Assembly (NCBI RefSeq): GCF_006345805.1
Contig: NC_043008.1
Span: 26,784,001 to 26,848,000 of the forward strand
Length of the DNA: 64,000 nucleotides
Direction: 5' to 3'
Source: Octopus sinensis
Taxonomy: Eukaryota
The translations under genes and the position numbers were made by a program. Positions 25,592 to 39,505 of this stretch are shown one piece after another. Position 1 is the stretch's first letter, and each line of letters starts with the position of its first letter. The notes beneath the pieces were generated by a model. The model saw nothing but the letters and a program-made list of their open reading frames with translations, made no database searches and was not told the origin of the DNA.

Positions 25592-26446
25592 CAGGGTACA
25601 ATGGGGAAATTGTTGCAATTTTCCATTTTCAGTATCACGCATGCACATTGTTTGTTTTTGATCTTGTTGACTACACAGTATTAAAGGCTTAATTGAGCAC
25701 CATCTGTGAGAAAAATAGCACCATCACACAATTCACTCTGCCAGAAATTTGGAAACAATATGCTATGCTGCTTGGCATTCATGCTGGAAGCTCCAGTACA
25801 AATATTTCAGAGTGTTTGAGTGTCAATCTGAGAACAGTGCAATCTGAGGACATGTATTGAGAGTGATAAAAATCAAACATTCAGTCAACATCATGTGTTT
25901 AGGGTGATCACTAGTAATGCCGATGTCATGCCTTCGTTCATCTTTCAACATGGCCTCACACACACTATGGAGGCCTACATCAAGTGCCTGGAGGAGATAG
26001 TGCTGCCCTGAAGGATGCTATGTCTGGTAGCAGGACTCTGCACCATGCCACACAAACAGGAGAACCCAGTCATGACTGTCAGACAATTTCTGCGACCACA
26101 TCATCCCTAATATCTGACCACCTAACTCTCCAGACTACAAAACCCTTGATTATTATGAATGGGGTGCAGTTGAGTGAGTAACCAGCAAAACTTCTTGTAA
26201 CATCAAAGATGAACAAAGGCAGCATTCATCAACTTAAACAATGTGATTGTCCAGAAGAGTTGCAGGAGATTCTGAAGTCGCCTGGAGGCCATGGTTGAAG
26301 CCAATGGCGATTTTATTGAATAAATTTACTCTTTAGTATTTCAAGATATTCTTATGTAATGTTGGTAAATATATCTGCTAAAATGAGATGTCAGGGTTAT
26401 TTACATTTTTGCATAATTTAGATGACAATATATTCACCGCACCCTG
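25592..26446 (+). mobile_element. Internally deleted maT (DD37D) Tc1/mariner element
   Basis: TA-CAGGGT...ACCCTG-TA termini. QDSAPCH...PPNSPDYKTLDYY has 37 residues between the D residues by my count; the protein ends RLEAMVEANGDFIE*. Confidence 0.88.
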
Positions 26447-26732
26447 TATATGTGTGTATGTGTGTGTGTTTATTATTTCCTTGTTCATGCTTGTTTTCAT
26501 ACATTGTTTTGCTTTGCCTTCATTCTCCAGTGTGTATGATGTGGTGTGGTTGTGTATGATCTCAGTGTAGCTCTTTCAACAGAAGATATGTACATTCACA
26601 TTTGACAAAGTCTTCAACTGAAATGACTGTAGTATAATTGCTAAAACAGCTAAAACAATATAATGTGAGGAAGTGCATTATGAGCAGCAGTGTAAAACAA
26701 CATTTTAGCATTTTCTACCTTGTCTTATTTTC

Positions 26733-26764
26733 CAACCCATGCTAGCATGGAAAACGGACGTTAA

Positions 26765-26796
<32 letters not shown>

Positions 26797-26805
26797 AATG
26801 ATGAT
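26733..26805 (+). mobile_element. SINE/LINE 3' tail with (ATG)n
   Basis: CCAACCCATGCTAGCATGGAAAACGGACGTTAAATGATGATG. Confidence 0.75.
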
Positions 26806-26809
26806 ATAT

Positions 26810-27110
26810 ATATTCCTGGCGTTAAAATGTTCAAATCACTATTATGAAATAGTGAGATTTTCAGGCTGGGACACTTTATTTCATGTTGTTCCAGTTCACT
26901 CAGCTGTAGAAATGAATTGTGATGTCACTGTTGCCAAGCTGTATTGGCCTTTGCTTTTCCCTTGGATAATATCAGTGGTGTGGAGAGGGGATGCTGGTAT
27001 GCATGGGCAACTGCTGGTCTTCCATAAACAACCTTGCCCAGAATTGTTCCTTGGTGGATAACTTTCTGGGCGCAATCCTATGGTCGTTCATGGCTGAAGT
27101 GGGTCTTTAC
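26810..27110 (+). mobile_element. SINE, second family
   Basis: GACACTTTATTTCATGTTGTTCCAGTTCACTCAGCTGTAGAAATG...TAACTTTCTGGGCGCAATCC; homologous to 61682-61975. Confidence 0.75.
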
Positions 27111-27239
27111 ATATATAGTTTTTGTCACTCACTATTGTCCAACTGTACCCCACTACCTATAACTATCAGACATGGTGCAAATGTTATTTTATTATACAAT
27201 GTTCTCTACATGGAGCAGAGTGACAAAACCTCTTTATTA

Positions 27240-28502
27240 CAAGGGTCAGCTGAAAAGTTCGTAGACCGACCAAGACACTCTCATGGAATGGGACCAAAGA
27301 AGGTTTAGTTTATACCACAGTCCTCCTTGCACTCCACATACCTCTTCCATCGGTGTTGCAGGGCTTCGATCCCATTTGTGAAGAAGCTTTCATCCTGTTG
27401 GTCAAAAATGTCATCAACCGTAGATATGACATCATCATCACTGCAATACTGGTTCCCTACCAAGTGGTTTCCAATGCTGGAGAACAGATGATAGTCAGAT
27501 GGGGCCAAATCAGGATAACAGAGAGGCTGATCAACCAGTTCAAACCCACAGATATGCAGAGCAGCCATTGAAAGCAAGAACTTGTGTGCTGGAGAATTTT
27601 CCTCATGAAACAAGACACCTTTCATCAGTTTTTCGTAACTGCCTCAGCAAGTTGATCTAGTGTTTCCATTGATGGTGTGGCCCTTTGTACTCTCTAGTAA
27701 TAGTATAATCCTTTTGGAGATAGTCAATATATACAATGCCTTTTGCATCCCAGAAAACTTATAACATCACCTTCCCTACCGCTGAAATGAGCTTGGCCTT
27801 CATTGGAGCAGGTGGGGGGGAGTGTTTCCACTGCATGGATTGTCTCTTTGTCTCTAGCTCAAAGTGATGAACTCAACACTCATCCTGGGTAAGGAAACAT
27901 TTAAGGAAACCAGTTGGATCTTCCTCAAGCAATGTCAGATTTTACCCATGATGTGATTAGCCAATGCACTTTTGATTAGGTGTCAGCAGCAACCTTCGTC
28001 ATAACAAGTTCATTGTGCAGAATATTCTCAACTCTCTCATTGGATATGCTAATAGCATTGATTAATTGATTTATTGTCAATCACCTGTCATCCATCAGCA
28101 TGTGATGAACATGATCAACGTTCTCCTTGGAGGCTGCAGTTGCAGGATGTTCAGACCTTGGGTCATCTTTAACATTCTCTCTTCCCTCTTAAATTCAGCT
28201 GCCCATATTTGAACTACTGATACAGCTAAAGTGTCATCACTTAAGGTGGCAACCATGTCAGCATTACTGTCGTTGGTAGTTAAACCCTTTATCTGCAGAG
28301 ACTTGATAACATCACAATGCCAAATTTTGTTCATTTCAAGAGAAGTCATTACTAGTTAGTTCTGAAGTCTTCTTTGAACAGTCAAATGTCAGTTGGAAAA
28401 AGCAGTTATTAATAAGGAGAGGTGAAATTAATGTATGCAAGATTTCACACTTCTAGTATCACTCCTTCATAGTCAGCCAATGAACTTTTCAGCCTGTCTT
28501 CA
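27240..28502 (-). mobile_element. Full-length decayed mariner (about 1.26 kb), transposase pseudogene
   Basis: TA flanks and TIRs with a GCTGAAAAGTTC core. Translations VIKSLQIKG..WAAEFKR, FLTQDEC*VHHFELETKRQSMQWKH, VFWDAKG and PDLAPSDYHLF. Confidence 0.93.
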
Positions 28503-28611
28503 TAAATCGATACAAGGCATTTTTACCTGAACAGCCTCTCAAAAGTCCAGTTTACTGGAATTTTAACTTGTGACTTGTCATGATTTGTGAACCGTGACAA
28601 GCTCCTATACA

Positions 28612-28890
28612 CAGGTGCAGTATGGCCAAATGGTTAAAAAGTTCACTTAGCAACTATGAGGGTCCAATTTCAAACTATACCTTGTGAGTAAAACATTCAA
28701 CTCACCGAGCATAATGTAACTTTAATTCGGAGAGATATCTTTAATTTGGATAAAGCATTGTCACACTGTCAGTCCTGAAAATTCTGAGTAATACATTAAT
28801 GATACATGCAGGGCATTGTGGAATACACAACTGCTTAGGTGTAAATTCAGGAGCAGCTAATTTGATTGATTGAATGACTGAAATTTCATC
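28612..28890 (+). mobile_element. Decayed SINE-like element
   Basis: tRNA-like head CAGGTGCAGTATGGCCAAATGGTTAAAAAG and a GATTGATTGA tail. Confidence 0.45.
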
Positions 28891-29699
28891 AATGAATGAC
28901 AGAGATTACTACAACCATACATAAATTCAGATGTATGCATGTGTGTATGTGCACATGCATGTGTGCATGTGTGTGTGTGTGCTTGAATGCTGATTGTTCT
29001 GGATTTATTTTTGTAGGAGACAAGCCTGCTAGAAGATCAATGTTCATTTCTCTTTCTTTCATGAAATTATTACAAATCATATTTCTTTTTGTGTTTCTAC
29101 TTTTAATAATTCCATTTTCAAATTTAATTCCTGTGTTTTATGCTCAATATTTACAGATAACTCCATTTCAGAAAGATTTCTGTTATCTGAATGAGTTGTT
29201 TCAGAAAATTATGTAAATATGCTCTAAAATTACAGAAATGAGAGAGGAATACTTGAAATAATTGTTATGTGTCATGGCTGGAAGACTAAAATAAAGACAT
29301 TTGAAATATATTTGTAAATATTGATAAGATTATTGGCTCATTTAAATCAAAAAGTTAGATTTACGTATATTTATTCAGTAAGTCTTTGGAATTAGCATAT
29401 ATTTTGTATGCTAATTTTTTCGATACAAAACAGAGCTTCCTTTCATCTGAATGATGTTGTAATGATACAAAAAAATAATGCAGCCAAACTAGTTTCTGTA
29501 TATGTGTAGGCCAATGTGGCATGTATAGATTACATGTGTGTCACTCTGACATTGATTTTTGTGACTGTGATTTTTGTGTGTATTTCCTCACTTATATCAT
29601 TTGGTATGATATTCACCAGATTTTTATTATACCAACGGCAGACACAGATGTACTCCATCATTGTCCCAAAGTTGCAATATGGATTTATAGCTAGGAGAG

Positions 29700-32030
29700 A
29701 AAACTAGGTTTTAGGACTGTTTCCTCTATTTATCTGTTCAAATATTTAGGAATAGTTCCTAATTTACTTAATGTACCTCTGTTACTCAATGGCTAGATCC
29801 TGGTACTTTGCTATTTTCTCTATACCTCTTATATTAACTTTCTCATCATTTGGGACTGTAAACTCAGTTATTTGGTACTTTTCGATTCTCTTTGTCAGGC
29901 AGTCTAGCTTCTATTACTCTGTCAGTTCGGATGTTAGAATCCCACATCTTAAATTTCTTACTTTTTAGCACTTTACTAGGTTCATGTTCATACTGCTTAT
30001 CAGAATGGTCAAATCCTAGCTTAGTACATAACTCCCTGTGGAGTATTCTCCCCATGTTGTCATGGCTTTTCATACTTCCTTTCCGTGCCAACATACTGCA
30101 TACACAAACAATATGAATAACACTTTCTTCCTTTGATTTACATATCCTACATTGAAAATCTACCTGATGTTTGTATATCTCGGCTTTTGTCCATTTAGTC
30201 CTCATTGTTTGATCTTGTGCTGTTACTAACAAACCTTGTGTTTCCCTTTTCAGCCTTCTTTACTGAAGCCACAATCATGTCCCATTATTACTATTTTTTG
30301 CAACTATCTTTGGAAATGTAGCATACAACTCTTTGTCTTGCCAGTCTTATAATCTTCTTTCTTTTCTCTGGTGTTTAACTATATTTGGCTTTTGGTTTCT
30401 TTATCTTCTACTGTGAAACTAGCAACTCTTAATCATATTTCTTACTATTACCTACATAGGAAGCTATATCTACTCTAGCTAACTCTACAAACTTCCACCA
30501 CTTTCCTTTGTAGGTAAATGCAATCTTGCTACTCCCGCACTAGGATGAAGTCCTCCATTCATTATGAATTCCTTTTTAGTTCTGTCCAGATTTGCTAATT
30601 CAGATTTTCTATAATCTACAAAAGCTGCTGAATAGCTGTGTAATGATACTGCCCAAGTATTTACTGCCTTCACTAGATTCAAACCGTTTGGCTTTGACTT
30701 CATTAACTTCTTCACCCTTTTGTTGTACTCATTCTCAACTTTTGCGTTCATTTCTATAGTTATTACTCTGTCAGATTCTAATACTCCTAGGTATTTATCA
30801 CTTTACCCCTCTTTCAATGATTTTAAGGTCTGGTCATCTGGTAACTGAGTACCTTTTTATGACTGATATTGTATACCTCTCTATGTCAAATCCCATACCT
30901 GTATCTCTGCTGAAGAGTTTTACAGTTTGTACTAAGGAATCTATTTCTTTTTTATTTTTATTAAAAAGCATCAAATCATCCATGTAGAGCAAGTGGCTAA
31001 TTTTTCCTTTACTATCTCTACACTGATACTCTGCCTTTGTATTTCTTAATAAGGAATTGAGTGGGATTAAACATAGTACAAATATTAATGGGGATAATGA
31101 GTCTCCCTTGAAAATTCCTTTCTTGATGTTAACTTTCCTTAAGGTTGTATCACATGAGTAAATATCTACTTTCCATTCCTTCATGCTAAAGCTAATTAAC
31201 CCTCTTATGTTGTCTGCAATGATGAATATACTCAAAAATATCCCTTATCCATGGCTATGAAATCATGCTATCAGCTTGTTTATAATCTATCCAAGCTACT
31301 GTTAAACTTTTCTTCCTAGATTTCACTTCCTTTAGAACTGCTTTCTCTATTCTTTTATTCTTTTATTTGTTTCAGACATTTGGCTGTGGCCATGCTGGAA
31401 AACCACCTTTAGTTAAACAAATAAACTCCAGGACTTACTCTTTGTAAGCCTAGTACTTATTCTATCAGTCTCTTTTTGCCGAATCACTAGGTTACAGGGA
31501 CGTGAACACACCAGCATCAGTTGCCAAGTGATCGTGGGGGGACAAACACAGACACACAAACATACACACACACACGCACACACACACACACACACACGCG
31601 CATATACGATGGGCTTCTTTCAGTTTCCATCTACCAAATCCACTCACAAGGCTTTCGTTGACCTGAGGCTATAGTTGAAGACACTTGCCCAAGGTGCCAC
31701 ACTGTGGGACTGAACCCACAACCATGTAGTTGGTAAGCCACTTCTGTACCTATATTAAAATGATTAACATTATTGGGTTCTCATGAGAGACATCCACATC
31801 ATTCTGACAGTCTCCATAAATCATGTGTTCCTCTAGCCTATTTCCTGCAACCTTTCTGTTCTTCTGGAAGTAAATTGTGGTTGTCATAAATGCTTTCTGA
31901 GAACATTTCTTTTAACAGCAAGTGATTGGTCTTTAATTATTAGTTATATTGCTCTTGCTTTTGTCTTTCGTTAGGATTTCTGTTCTCCCTCTAGTCATCC
32001 AATTAGGTATGACTCCACTATATTTATTAC
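29700..32030 (-). mobile_element. R4/Dong-like non-LTR retrotransposon, decayed, interrupted by a SINE
   Basis: IPNWMTRGRT..RPITC, KGIFKGDSLSPLIFVLCLIPL, HLLYMDDL, GLHP..RLHLPTKESGG, CRICKSKEESVIHIVCVC and KYQDLAIE. Confidence 0.9.
31348..31745 (-). mobile_element. SINE nested in the R4/Dong element
   Basis: Same family as 1430-1796; R4 RT sequence continues on both sides. Confidence 0.85.
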
Positions 32031-32078
32031 TGTTATTATTATTATCATTATCTTTATTAGTATTGTTGTTGTTATCTT

Positions 32079-32114
<36 letters not shown>

Positions 32115-32145
32115 TATTATTATTATTATTATTATTATTATCATT
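32030..32145. repeat. (TAA)n/(TTA)n trinucleotide array with an orientation switch at about 32113
   Basis: Direct reading. Confidence 0.95.
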
Positions 32146-32809
32146 TTGTTTTTGCATTGAAACTCATTCAGATGTGCTTAAAATTTTGCTCCAACTCTTT
32201 TCTGCCTTCAAGAGCAAAATGAAGGAAATAATTTTCATTTTGTGTTTCATTTTACACTTGCAATAAGTTTTAATGATATAGACAATGTATTTGGTAACAA
32301 CATGAACAGTACATGTAATTGCTCAATTGAACGTTTAAACTTTAACCATACCTAAATCTACATAAATGCACTTTCAAATTAGAAAACAAATGCCTGCCTC
32401 ACAGAATCCATCTTAAAAGTGACCAAATGTATGTACATGTGTAATGCCAAGGTCACATGACAGCTTTCTTTGTATGCAAAGAACAACAATGGGGGCAAAA
32501 TTTGCAGTGCACTGGGTGTATGAAACCAAATGATGCCCTTTTGTGACAGAGGTTGAGGTTTTAGTGAAAGTCCAAATTATATGAAACAATTTTTCATAAG
32601 ATGTCTTCACAATATTTGGAAAGAAGAGACACAAGTGCCATAATCAAAGGTGTGATTTTCATAATATTGCACCTTCATTCATAGTGACTCACATGACAAA
32701 GCATGAGCACATGGTGAGAACCAGCGTAACTTGGTGGGTGTGGAATTATTTGTTGTTATACCTATCTGTCTGTCTATATTTATCTGTATGTATGAATATG
32801 CATGTATGG

Positions 32810-32874
<65 letters not shown>

Positions 32875-32875
32875 T
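32810..32875. repeat. (TA)n microsatellite
   Basis: Direct reading. Confidence 0.95.
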
Positions 32876-35800
32876 TATTTATGCATGTGCCAGAGGGTAG
32901 ATGACCTCTGTAGAGTCAGGGCTCATCAAATAGCTGGGAGTGAGGGGCCTCTAATCAATGATGAGACATCTTTCTGGGAGATTAAAATCTTATGCAACAG
33001 TTGTGATTTCATTTGAACCTAATGATATAGATTAGTTTTTGTTTTTGAGAGAATGCATACATTGTTCAGAAAGTGGAAATGACCCTTTAAAAGCTTTATA
33101 TACAGGAATTGCTTGATTTTTAACATCTCTGTTATGTGTCACATGCCATATCTGGTTGCAGCTGAAAAAGTAAAAAAACTCAATGAAAACTTTCATGATG
33201 GAACGAAGGCATGTACCTGCATGGATGGTAACCCTCTGAACACCTGCAATAAGAGGCATTTATTGTTGCCACATTTGTGTTGCTTTAAGAGAAGAATCAA
33301 GTGATATCATTGCTCAAAATCTAGTTGCAGCAATCATGCAGGCATGCATATATGTATGCATGCCTGTATATGCATGTATGTATTTGTGTATACATACAAA
33401 CCACACGTATGCATTTATACTTATATTTAAATGTATATAATATATATATATATATATATGTTTATACACGCATATGTAGATATATATATTTATGTGTATA
33501 TTCATAGAATTTAATTTCATTTTTCAATATCATCATTTTATTACTGCTTGATAGACAGATATCATTTAAAAGAATCTTATTGTTAAGATTATATTTTTTT
33601 TTCTAATTTTATGACATATGTATTACATATATTTATATAGATTTAACCAGATTTGACAAATGCCAGTATGCTGACATTCCACATTGTCACACATAGTTGT
33701 TTTGACATTTATTGAAAATTTTATATGTCAAAGAGAATGCTGTAGATCATGCTGACATTGCGAAAATACTGTTGCTTTGAGTTTATTCAACCACAATGAA
33801 TCCATGTGATTTTTTGTGTTACACATGACATTTTTTATATTCCACTTCAAGGTTCAGCAGAATTCTGAATGTTCTCTCTGGCTTTATTTTCGCTATGTTT
33901 TTTGTTTATTATTTAACTCATTTGAGTGTATTTTTAGAGAAGTTATGTAACTGGTAAAATATGTTAGTGTATAATTAATCAAGAATTTGACAGATTCTAT
34001 TATGGCATTGGCCTTGCATTGTGTTATGTTCCATAAAAATATATTAATTTCATGAAACTAAAAAATTGCTTGGAATTGCTGATTGCAGCATCTGCTGGGG
34101 ATTTTCAGATACCACACAAGTATTTGACTTGACATGAGACCCCCTCAGTTATCACAATTTTTATCTGTGAAATAATAGTGGAATCCATCTTTCAGCAAGT
34201 TTATAGAAAGTTAATGTTCTGTTCTTGGATGTAACATGACCCCTGCAATTCTAAGGTTTACACTTGTAACTCTGCAATTAGTAAAAGCAATATGTTGATA
34301 ATTTTTCAAAATAATTGACTGGAAAAGGAATATAGATTGTTGAAGATATGTTTGTAGAGAAACAAATATCATAGTTATGAATGTACAACTTGCTGGGTAT
34401 AAATCATATCTAAATTACCAATGGTAGTTGTTGTTACATAACTGTAGATGGTTAGTTATGATAAAAAAATTCTAACTGTGGCCTTTGTGTCTGCTTGTAT
34501 ATCAGAGACTATACTGTCCAATGTGGACATTCAGTTTTAAGGACCTAGTGTGTGAATTGTGGTGGTTTCATTGCTATGGCTAAAAATTGTATGTCTATGT
34601 AGAAGTTACATTCCTGGCTTCCTTCCAATTACAAAAAGTAAAAAACTGAAGTGAAAGAGTTGACAGTCGCATATATGATATCTTGGTTTGTGGTTTCTTG
34701 GCTCTTTTCAAACAATGCATATATTTTGCTAAGTGTATGTTCAGGACATATAACTCTCCCGCTCCATTTAATGTTTTATGATATATTTTATATGTCTAGA
34801 AAAATTGCAATAGCATGCTAGTTTAAATTATTTGGCATCTTGTCAATGACTAGAGGATCTATTTTTCATCTCTCTAATGCTGATCATCACGATCATCATG
34901 AACCTCCAGAGACCCATTTTGAATGAGCTTAAGTTGTTGCCTTTTAGCCATAACGTCAGCTCCAATCAAAACATTGTATCAAAGCATTCAATCAGTGACC
35001 ATCTGAACTTGATTTCTAACAATGCATCTAGGACTATATTATTCAATGTTTCCATTAGATGGAAAAATTTATGCTGTGTAGTCAAGTTCAGTCTCGCTAC
35101 ATGGCACCTTGTACAAATATCTTCTATCAGTAAGTCAAATCAACCAAAAGTTTGTTCATGTAATTTGCATGAATGTAATTATGTGGAAGTTATTCAGATG
35201 GACAATTACTCTTTTTGGTTGTTACACTAAATAAGTCAACCTGTTTAATACAAAGACCAGGCCTTGGAGTACTTTAGTGGAGTACTCACTGTCGCAAGTA
35301 TTCAGGTTAACATTTCTGGATTACTTTCTTTCTTCGTGTTATCAGCCTTACATGCCCTGAATAATATCATGATCACTACCTCTATCATTTAACTGAGCTA
35401 TTATAAAGAAAGTTAGCTTCAAGGAAATTTGGTTGCTAATTGTAACAGATTGAATGACATAGAAACTACCTTGGTGGCACGTATGAACAACCTCGATGTC
35501 ATGTATGACATTGTATGCAATGACAATTAAAGACAATAGAGAAGAGCCAGTCTACAGTGTAATGCATGAATTACTGCAAAGGATAATGTGCAACTATGAA
35601 TAGAAGCGCAATGGGAATAGATTTATCGATGTCCCTCTATTTGTTGACACATTCTTTGCAATGTTTACATACTCTATTGTCATGCTTCATAATGGATTCG
35701 TATTTATAGATCAAAACAAGCGCTTAATTCACTCACCACATCCTTCTATCATTTCACCTGAATTCAGTGATAATTACCTGCCAAACCTAATTGCGCTGTT

Positions 35801-36547
35801 AAGCTATTATTTCTCTATTGGTAAATACAAGCACCACAAACATATTGATCCTCTTTGAAGTAAGTGAACTTTTGACAATATGCTGAAATTAGAATTATTT
35901 TCTCTTTCATTTACATCCCTTTCTCCCTTCCACTCTCTCTATCGCATATTCCCTATTACACTCTCCCTTTTCTTCCTATTCTTTCTCCAACTACTTCCTC
36001 TTTCTATCCCTTTTATGCTAGTTTTACATCTAAAATCAATGAATGCTCTGTGGTAGATAATCAAACGTTTCAGCTAATTCCCAAAGGTGAAACAGACTAT
36101 TTTCAAGGATAATCTGTGTCAATATCTAATAATTATATTTGCAAGTACATTAAGACTAGTATAAAAGCATTCTTGGTGGATAGGGGATGGGATCTGTTAT
36201 TTAATCAGCTAATTAGATTATGGATAATGTTAATGGTGATATCCTCAATAGGTGTTGGACAACACCTTTAACAATTGCATCATAGAATAACAGAAAAAGA
36301 GCGTTGTTGCACTGAGGAAACAAAATTACAGGGGTCTGTAGTTAATGGATCAAACAATGCAAGTGTTTGAATTATGGACCAGGTAAGGACATTTCCCTCA
36401 TGGGCTGGTATACTACAGTTCAGGTTAAACGATGGTGTCAAGCCATTAATGCTTTATTTATACTAAAGCAGATACAAAACAAGTTCTTGGAAAAATTCTT
36501 CTGTTTGAATTATTAGGTAGGAAAGATACCTAGTTTGCAACATGACA

Positions 36548-36674
36548 TACATTGTACATTATTTACATTCGACGGATATTTGTCCTCAACGTTTCGTCTG
36601 ATATACCCTCCAGCCTTCTTCAGGTGTCTTGGGGAAATTACAAACCTGGGTTCTCATTCCTAAGGTATTTTTGA

Positions 36675-36714
<40 letters not shown>

Positions 36715-36752
36715 GTTATTGTTCAGGTCACTGCTTGGAATCGAAACTCAGA
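36548..36752 (-). mobile_element. Solo copy of the tRNA-like/(AAT)n/hammerhead terminal repeat
   Basis: Minus strand reads GAGTTTCGATTCCAAGCAGTGACCTG-(AAT)n-...GACACCTGAAGAAGGCTGGAGGGTATATCAGACGAAACGTTG. Homologous to 7574-7808. Confidence 0.85.
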
Positions 36753-37429
36753 ACCACTACTAGTTAAGAGCTGAGTACTCTATAGTCATGCATGCCATTA
36801 GCATATCTGTTTGTATCCCCATAACATATCTCATAGAATAAGCACCAGGCTTACAGGGAATAAATCCATGGGTTGAACTCTTTGACTAAAGGGTGATGCT
36901 CCAGCATGGCCAACATCAAATGACTGAAACAAGTAAAAGAATAAAAGAATATCGGAAGAGCGTTCTGTACCATTAAACCAAGAAGGTTCTTTGAATATGT
37001 ATGATGTATTTTAAGGCTAAATAGAAATTCTGTTTATGTTTGCATAACTGAGATATTTTGGTTGGATTATATAGTTATCGGTTTTACACTTCTTTCTATA
37101 TTCTGTAACTGTCACAATATAGAAACATTTCTCATGGCACCATCACATAATTTACAGATGCTTACATTTTTAATATTTTCCGTGAATTTTTCATGGGTCC
37201 AGGTAGTTATTATTATGGACTGAGAAAGCAAGGTAGACAGAGGAAAACGTGGAGAGGACAGGTGGAGGAGGAGATTGGGTGGGCTGGTGTAAGAATGGAG
37301 GACGCCTAAAAAAGAGCAAGATGGCAAGATGGTGTGAGGGTGGTTGCTATGGCATTGAGGTAAATCAAACCACCCCTGTTAACAGGGACAAAACCTGGAC
37401 TTAAAACACTGGATGATGATGATGATGAT

Positions 37430-37900
37430 TAAGGCAAGAAGATGATAGAATCAATAGCACATCAGGCAAAATGCTCAGTGGTATTTTGTCGATCTTTATA
37501 CTCTGAGTTCAAACACCAAGGTCAGCTTTGCCTTTCTTCATATTGGGGGTCAATAAAATAAGTGCCAGTTGAACAACGGCTCGATTACAGTGACCAGCCC
37601 CTTACCCCAAAATTTCAGGCCTTGCACCTATAGTGGAAAGGATTATTATTATTGTAGTAAAGGTGGTGAGCTGGTAGAAATGTTAATATGCCGACCTTAG
37701 TGGCATTTTGTCAGTCTTTACATTCAGAGTTCAGATTCTGTTTTGCCTTTTTTTTTGGGGGGGGGGTGATGAAATAACTACCAGCTGAATGGTTGGGGTT
37801 GATGAAATAACTACCAAATGACTACTGGGGTCAATGTAATAGACTAGCCCTTTGTCCCCCAAAATTACAAATCTTCTTCTTATAATAGAAAGGATTATTA
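37430..37900 (+). mobile_element. Two tandem SINEs of a third family (about 37430-37655 and 37658-37900)
   Basis: Both contain AGTGG.ATTTTGTC..TCTTTA.A.TC.GAGTTCA and end CCCCAAAATT...GAAAGGATTATTATTATT. Confidence 0.75.
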
Positions 37901-38539
37901 TTATTACTATTGTAGTGGTATTCAACTCATGTAGTGGGAAAGTGTGGTTTTTGCTGCTTCTTTGGAAAACATTTCATTCAAGCATTGTCAAGTGAAATGT
38001 TTCTTTGGACTTATAAAAAGAATTGTCTATGGAATGCCTGCTCCCAATACCCAGGGGTAAACAACAACTGATAAAAAGATATTTGTTTCACAAACTTTTA
38101 TACTATTATTTACACACATTGTGTTTTCATATCCAAAAAGTAACAATGTGTAGCTATGCCACACAGCAAAAATCTACTATGGCTAAATGTAGACAAACAC
38201 AACTAAATGGAGAAATGAAAATGAAAAGTATATTGAAAATTTAACTGGAGAAAATGTCCCAAATACACAAATAAGTAATTTGGGAGACAGCCATAGAAAC
38301 AGGGCCCAAATCAACAAAAATGATAGCTCTAGTATTTCTTATGCAATTTCATATTCAGTAGGTAATTCAGAGAGAAACTGTGTGAAGACAGTAGTCCTTC
38401 CTTCAGTATTAAATAAACAGGTAAGCTTTTTGGACCAATCACAGATACAAGAAAAATGTAGATGGGAGAATTTTGTAAAACTCAATAGCATTTATTTGCT
38501 ATAGGAGTTAATCCAATAAAGATTGAAGAGAAACATATA

Positions 38540-38757
38540 TGATGTGGTGCTAAAAAGTTCCTGGCTTTGGTTAAAAGAAAATACGTGCAGATAAGTTAAT
38601 TATGATTTTATTCAGCATGTTTCCCTCTCAGATTCACACACTTATTGTAGTGTTCCTTCAAATTTTTCTAAGCCCTGTAAAAGAAACAGGAAGGTTGGGC
38701 CTCCAACCAGTCTTTTGTGATATCCTTAAAATCAGGAACTTTGCAGCATCCCCTCAA
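38540..38757. mobile_element. Mariner-derived MITE (about 220 bp)
   Basis: Left GATGTGGTGCTAAAAAGTTCCTGGCTTT matches the reverse complement of right AAAATCAGGAACTTTGCAGCATCCCCTC. Confidence 0.8.
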
Positions 38758-38989
38758 ATATTTCTGTGTATGAACAGTTGGAGCAGAATAGATTTTGTCT
38801 AACATAACGTAGTACAACATATTCAGTTGGGCATATCAGGAGAAAGGAGAAATTTATAACACTACTTCCTCTATCTTTAAAACAGAAGATGCAGCTAAAC
38901 CATGAGCTTAATTATCAGGTTTATTTCTGACTGTACATTTGTGTACTTTATATCAAAGAAATACAAGAGTCACAACAAATGACACTGAA

Positions 38990-39505
38990 TATAGCATACA
39001 GAAGGGGAAAAAATACATCCTAATTCTAAAATATATTGAAACTACAAATCTGCAAAACTACAGACCCATAACATGTCTCCTTACAATTCACAATGCCTTA
39101 ACTGCAATAATATTACAGAGAATGGGCAGGCATTTAGAAGTAAATAACCGGTTTCCAGAAGAGGAAAAGGGATGCTATAAAGGTTCATATGGCTGTTAAA
39201 ATCAGTTATTGAGCAATAAGCCATAACTGAAGTAAACTGAAAGAAAAAAGGAGAGTCTAAGCATAGCTTGGGTTGATTACCAGAAGGCTTTTGACAGTAG
39301 TCCTCACACATGTATCCTGGAAACACTAGCTATGAACAAGGTAGTACCAACAATAATAAGATGTATAAAACATGTCCTGAATAAATGGCCAACAGTTCAC
39401 CAGCTACAGACAAAAGAGGGGATTAGAAAAACTGAAGCCATCCCCATTAGAAGAGAAATATTTCAAGGAGATTCGCACTCTGCACTCTTTTTCTCTCTAG
39501 CACAG
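38990..39505 (+). mobile_element. R4/Dong-like RT fragment
   Basis: NYRPITCL, FPEEEKGC.KGSYGC, SIAWVDYQKAFDS and REIFQGDS. Confidence 0.85.

Noticed and set aside
32413-32634. Possible PLE endonuclease remnant on the minus strand
   Set aside because: Only a vague HIIW motif; too decayed to support.
33162-33227. Possible 66-nt phase-1 exon (AG|...EKVKKLNENFHDGTKACTCMD|GT)
   Set aside because: Weak pyrimidine tract and donor, no recognisable protein and no partner exons. Only RNA-seq junctions could support it.
35100-35185. Minus-strand NYIHANYM...QG resembling a tyrosine phosphatase motif
   Set aside because: Two in-frame stops lie inside it and no other PTP motifs are nearby.
35350-35556. 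Open minus-strand frame between AG and GTAAGG
   Set aside because: The translation is unrecognisable, and such frames are expected by chance.
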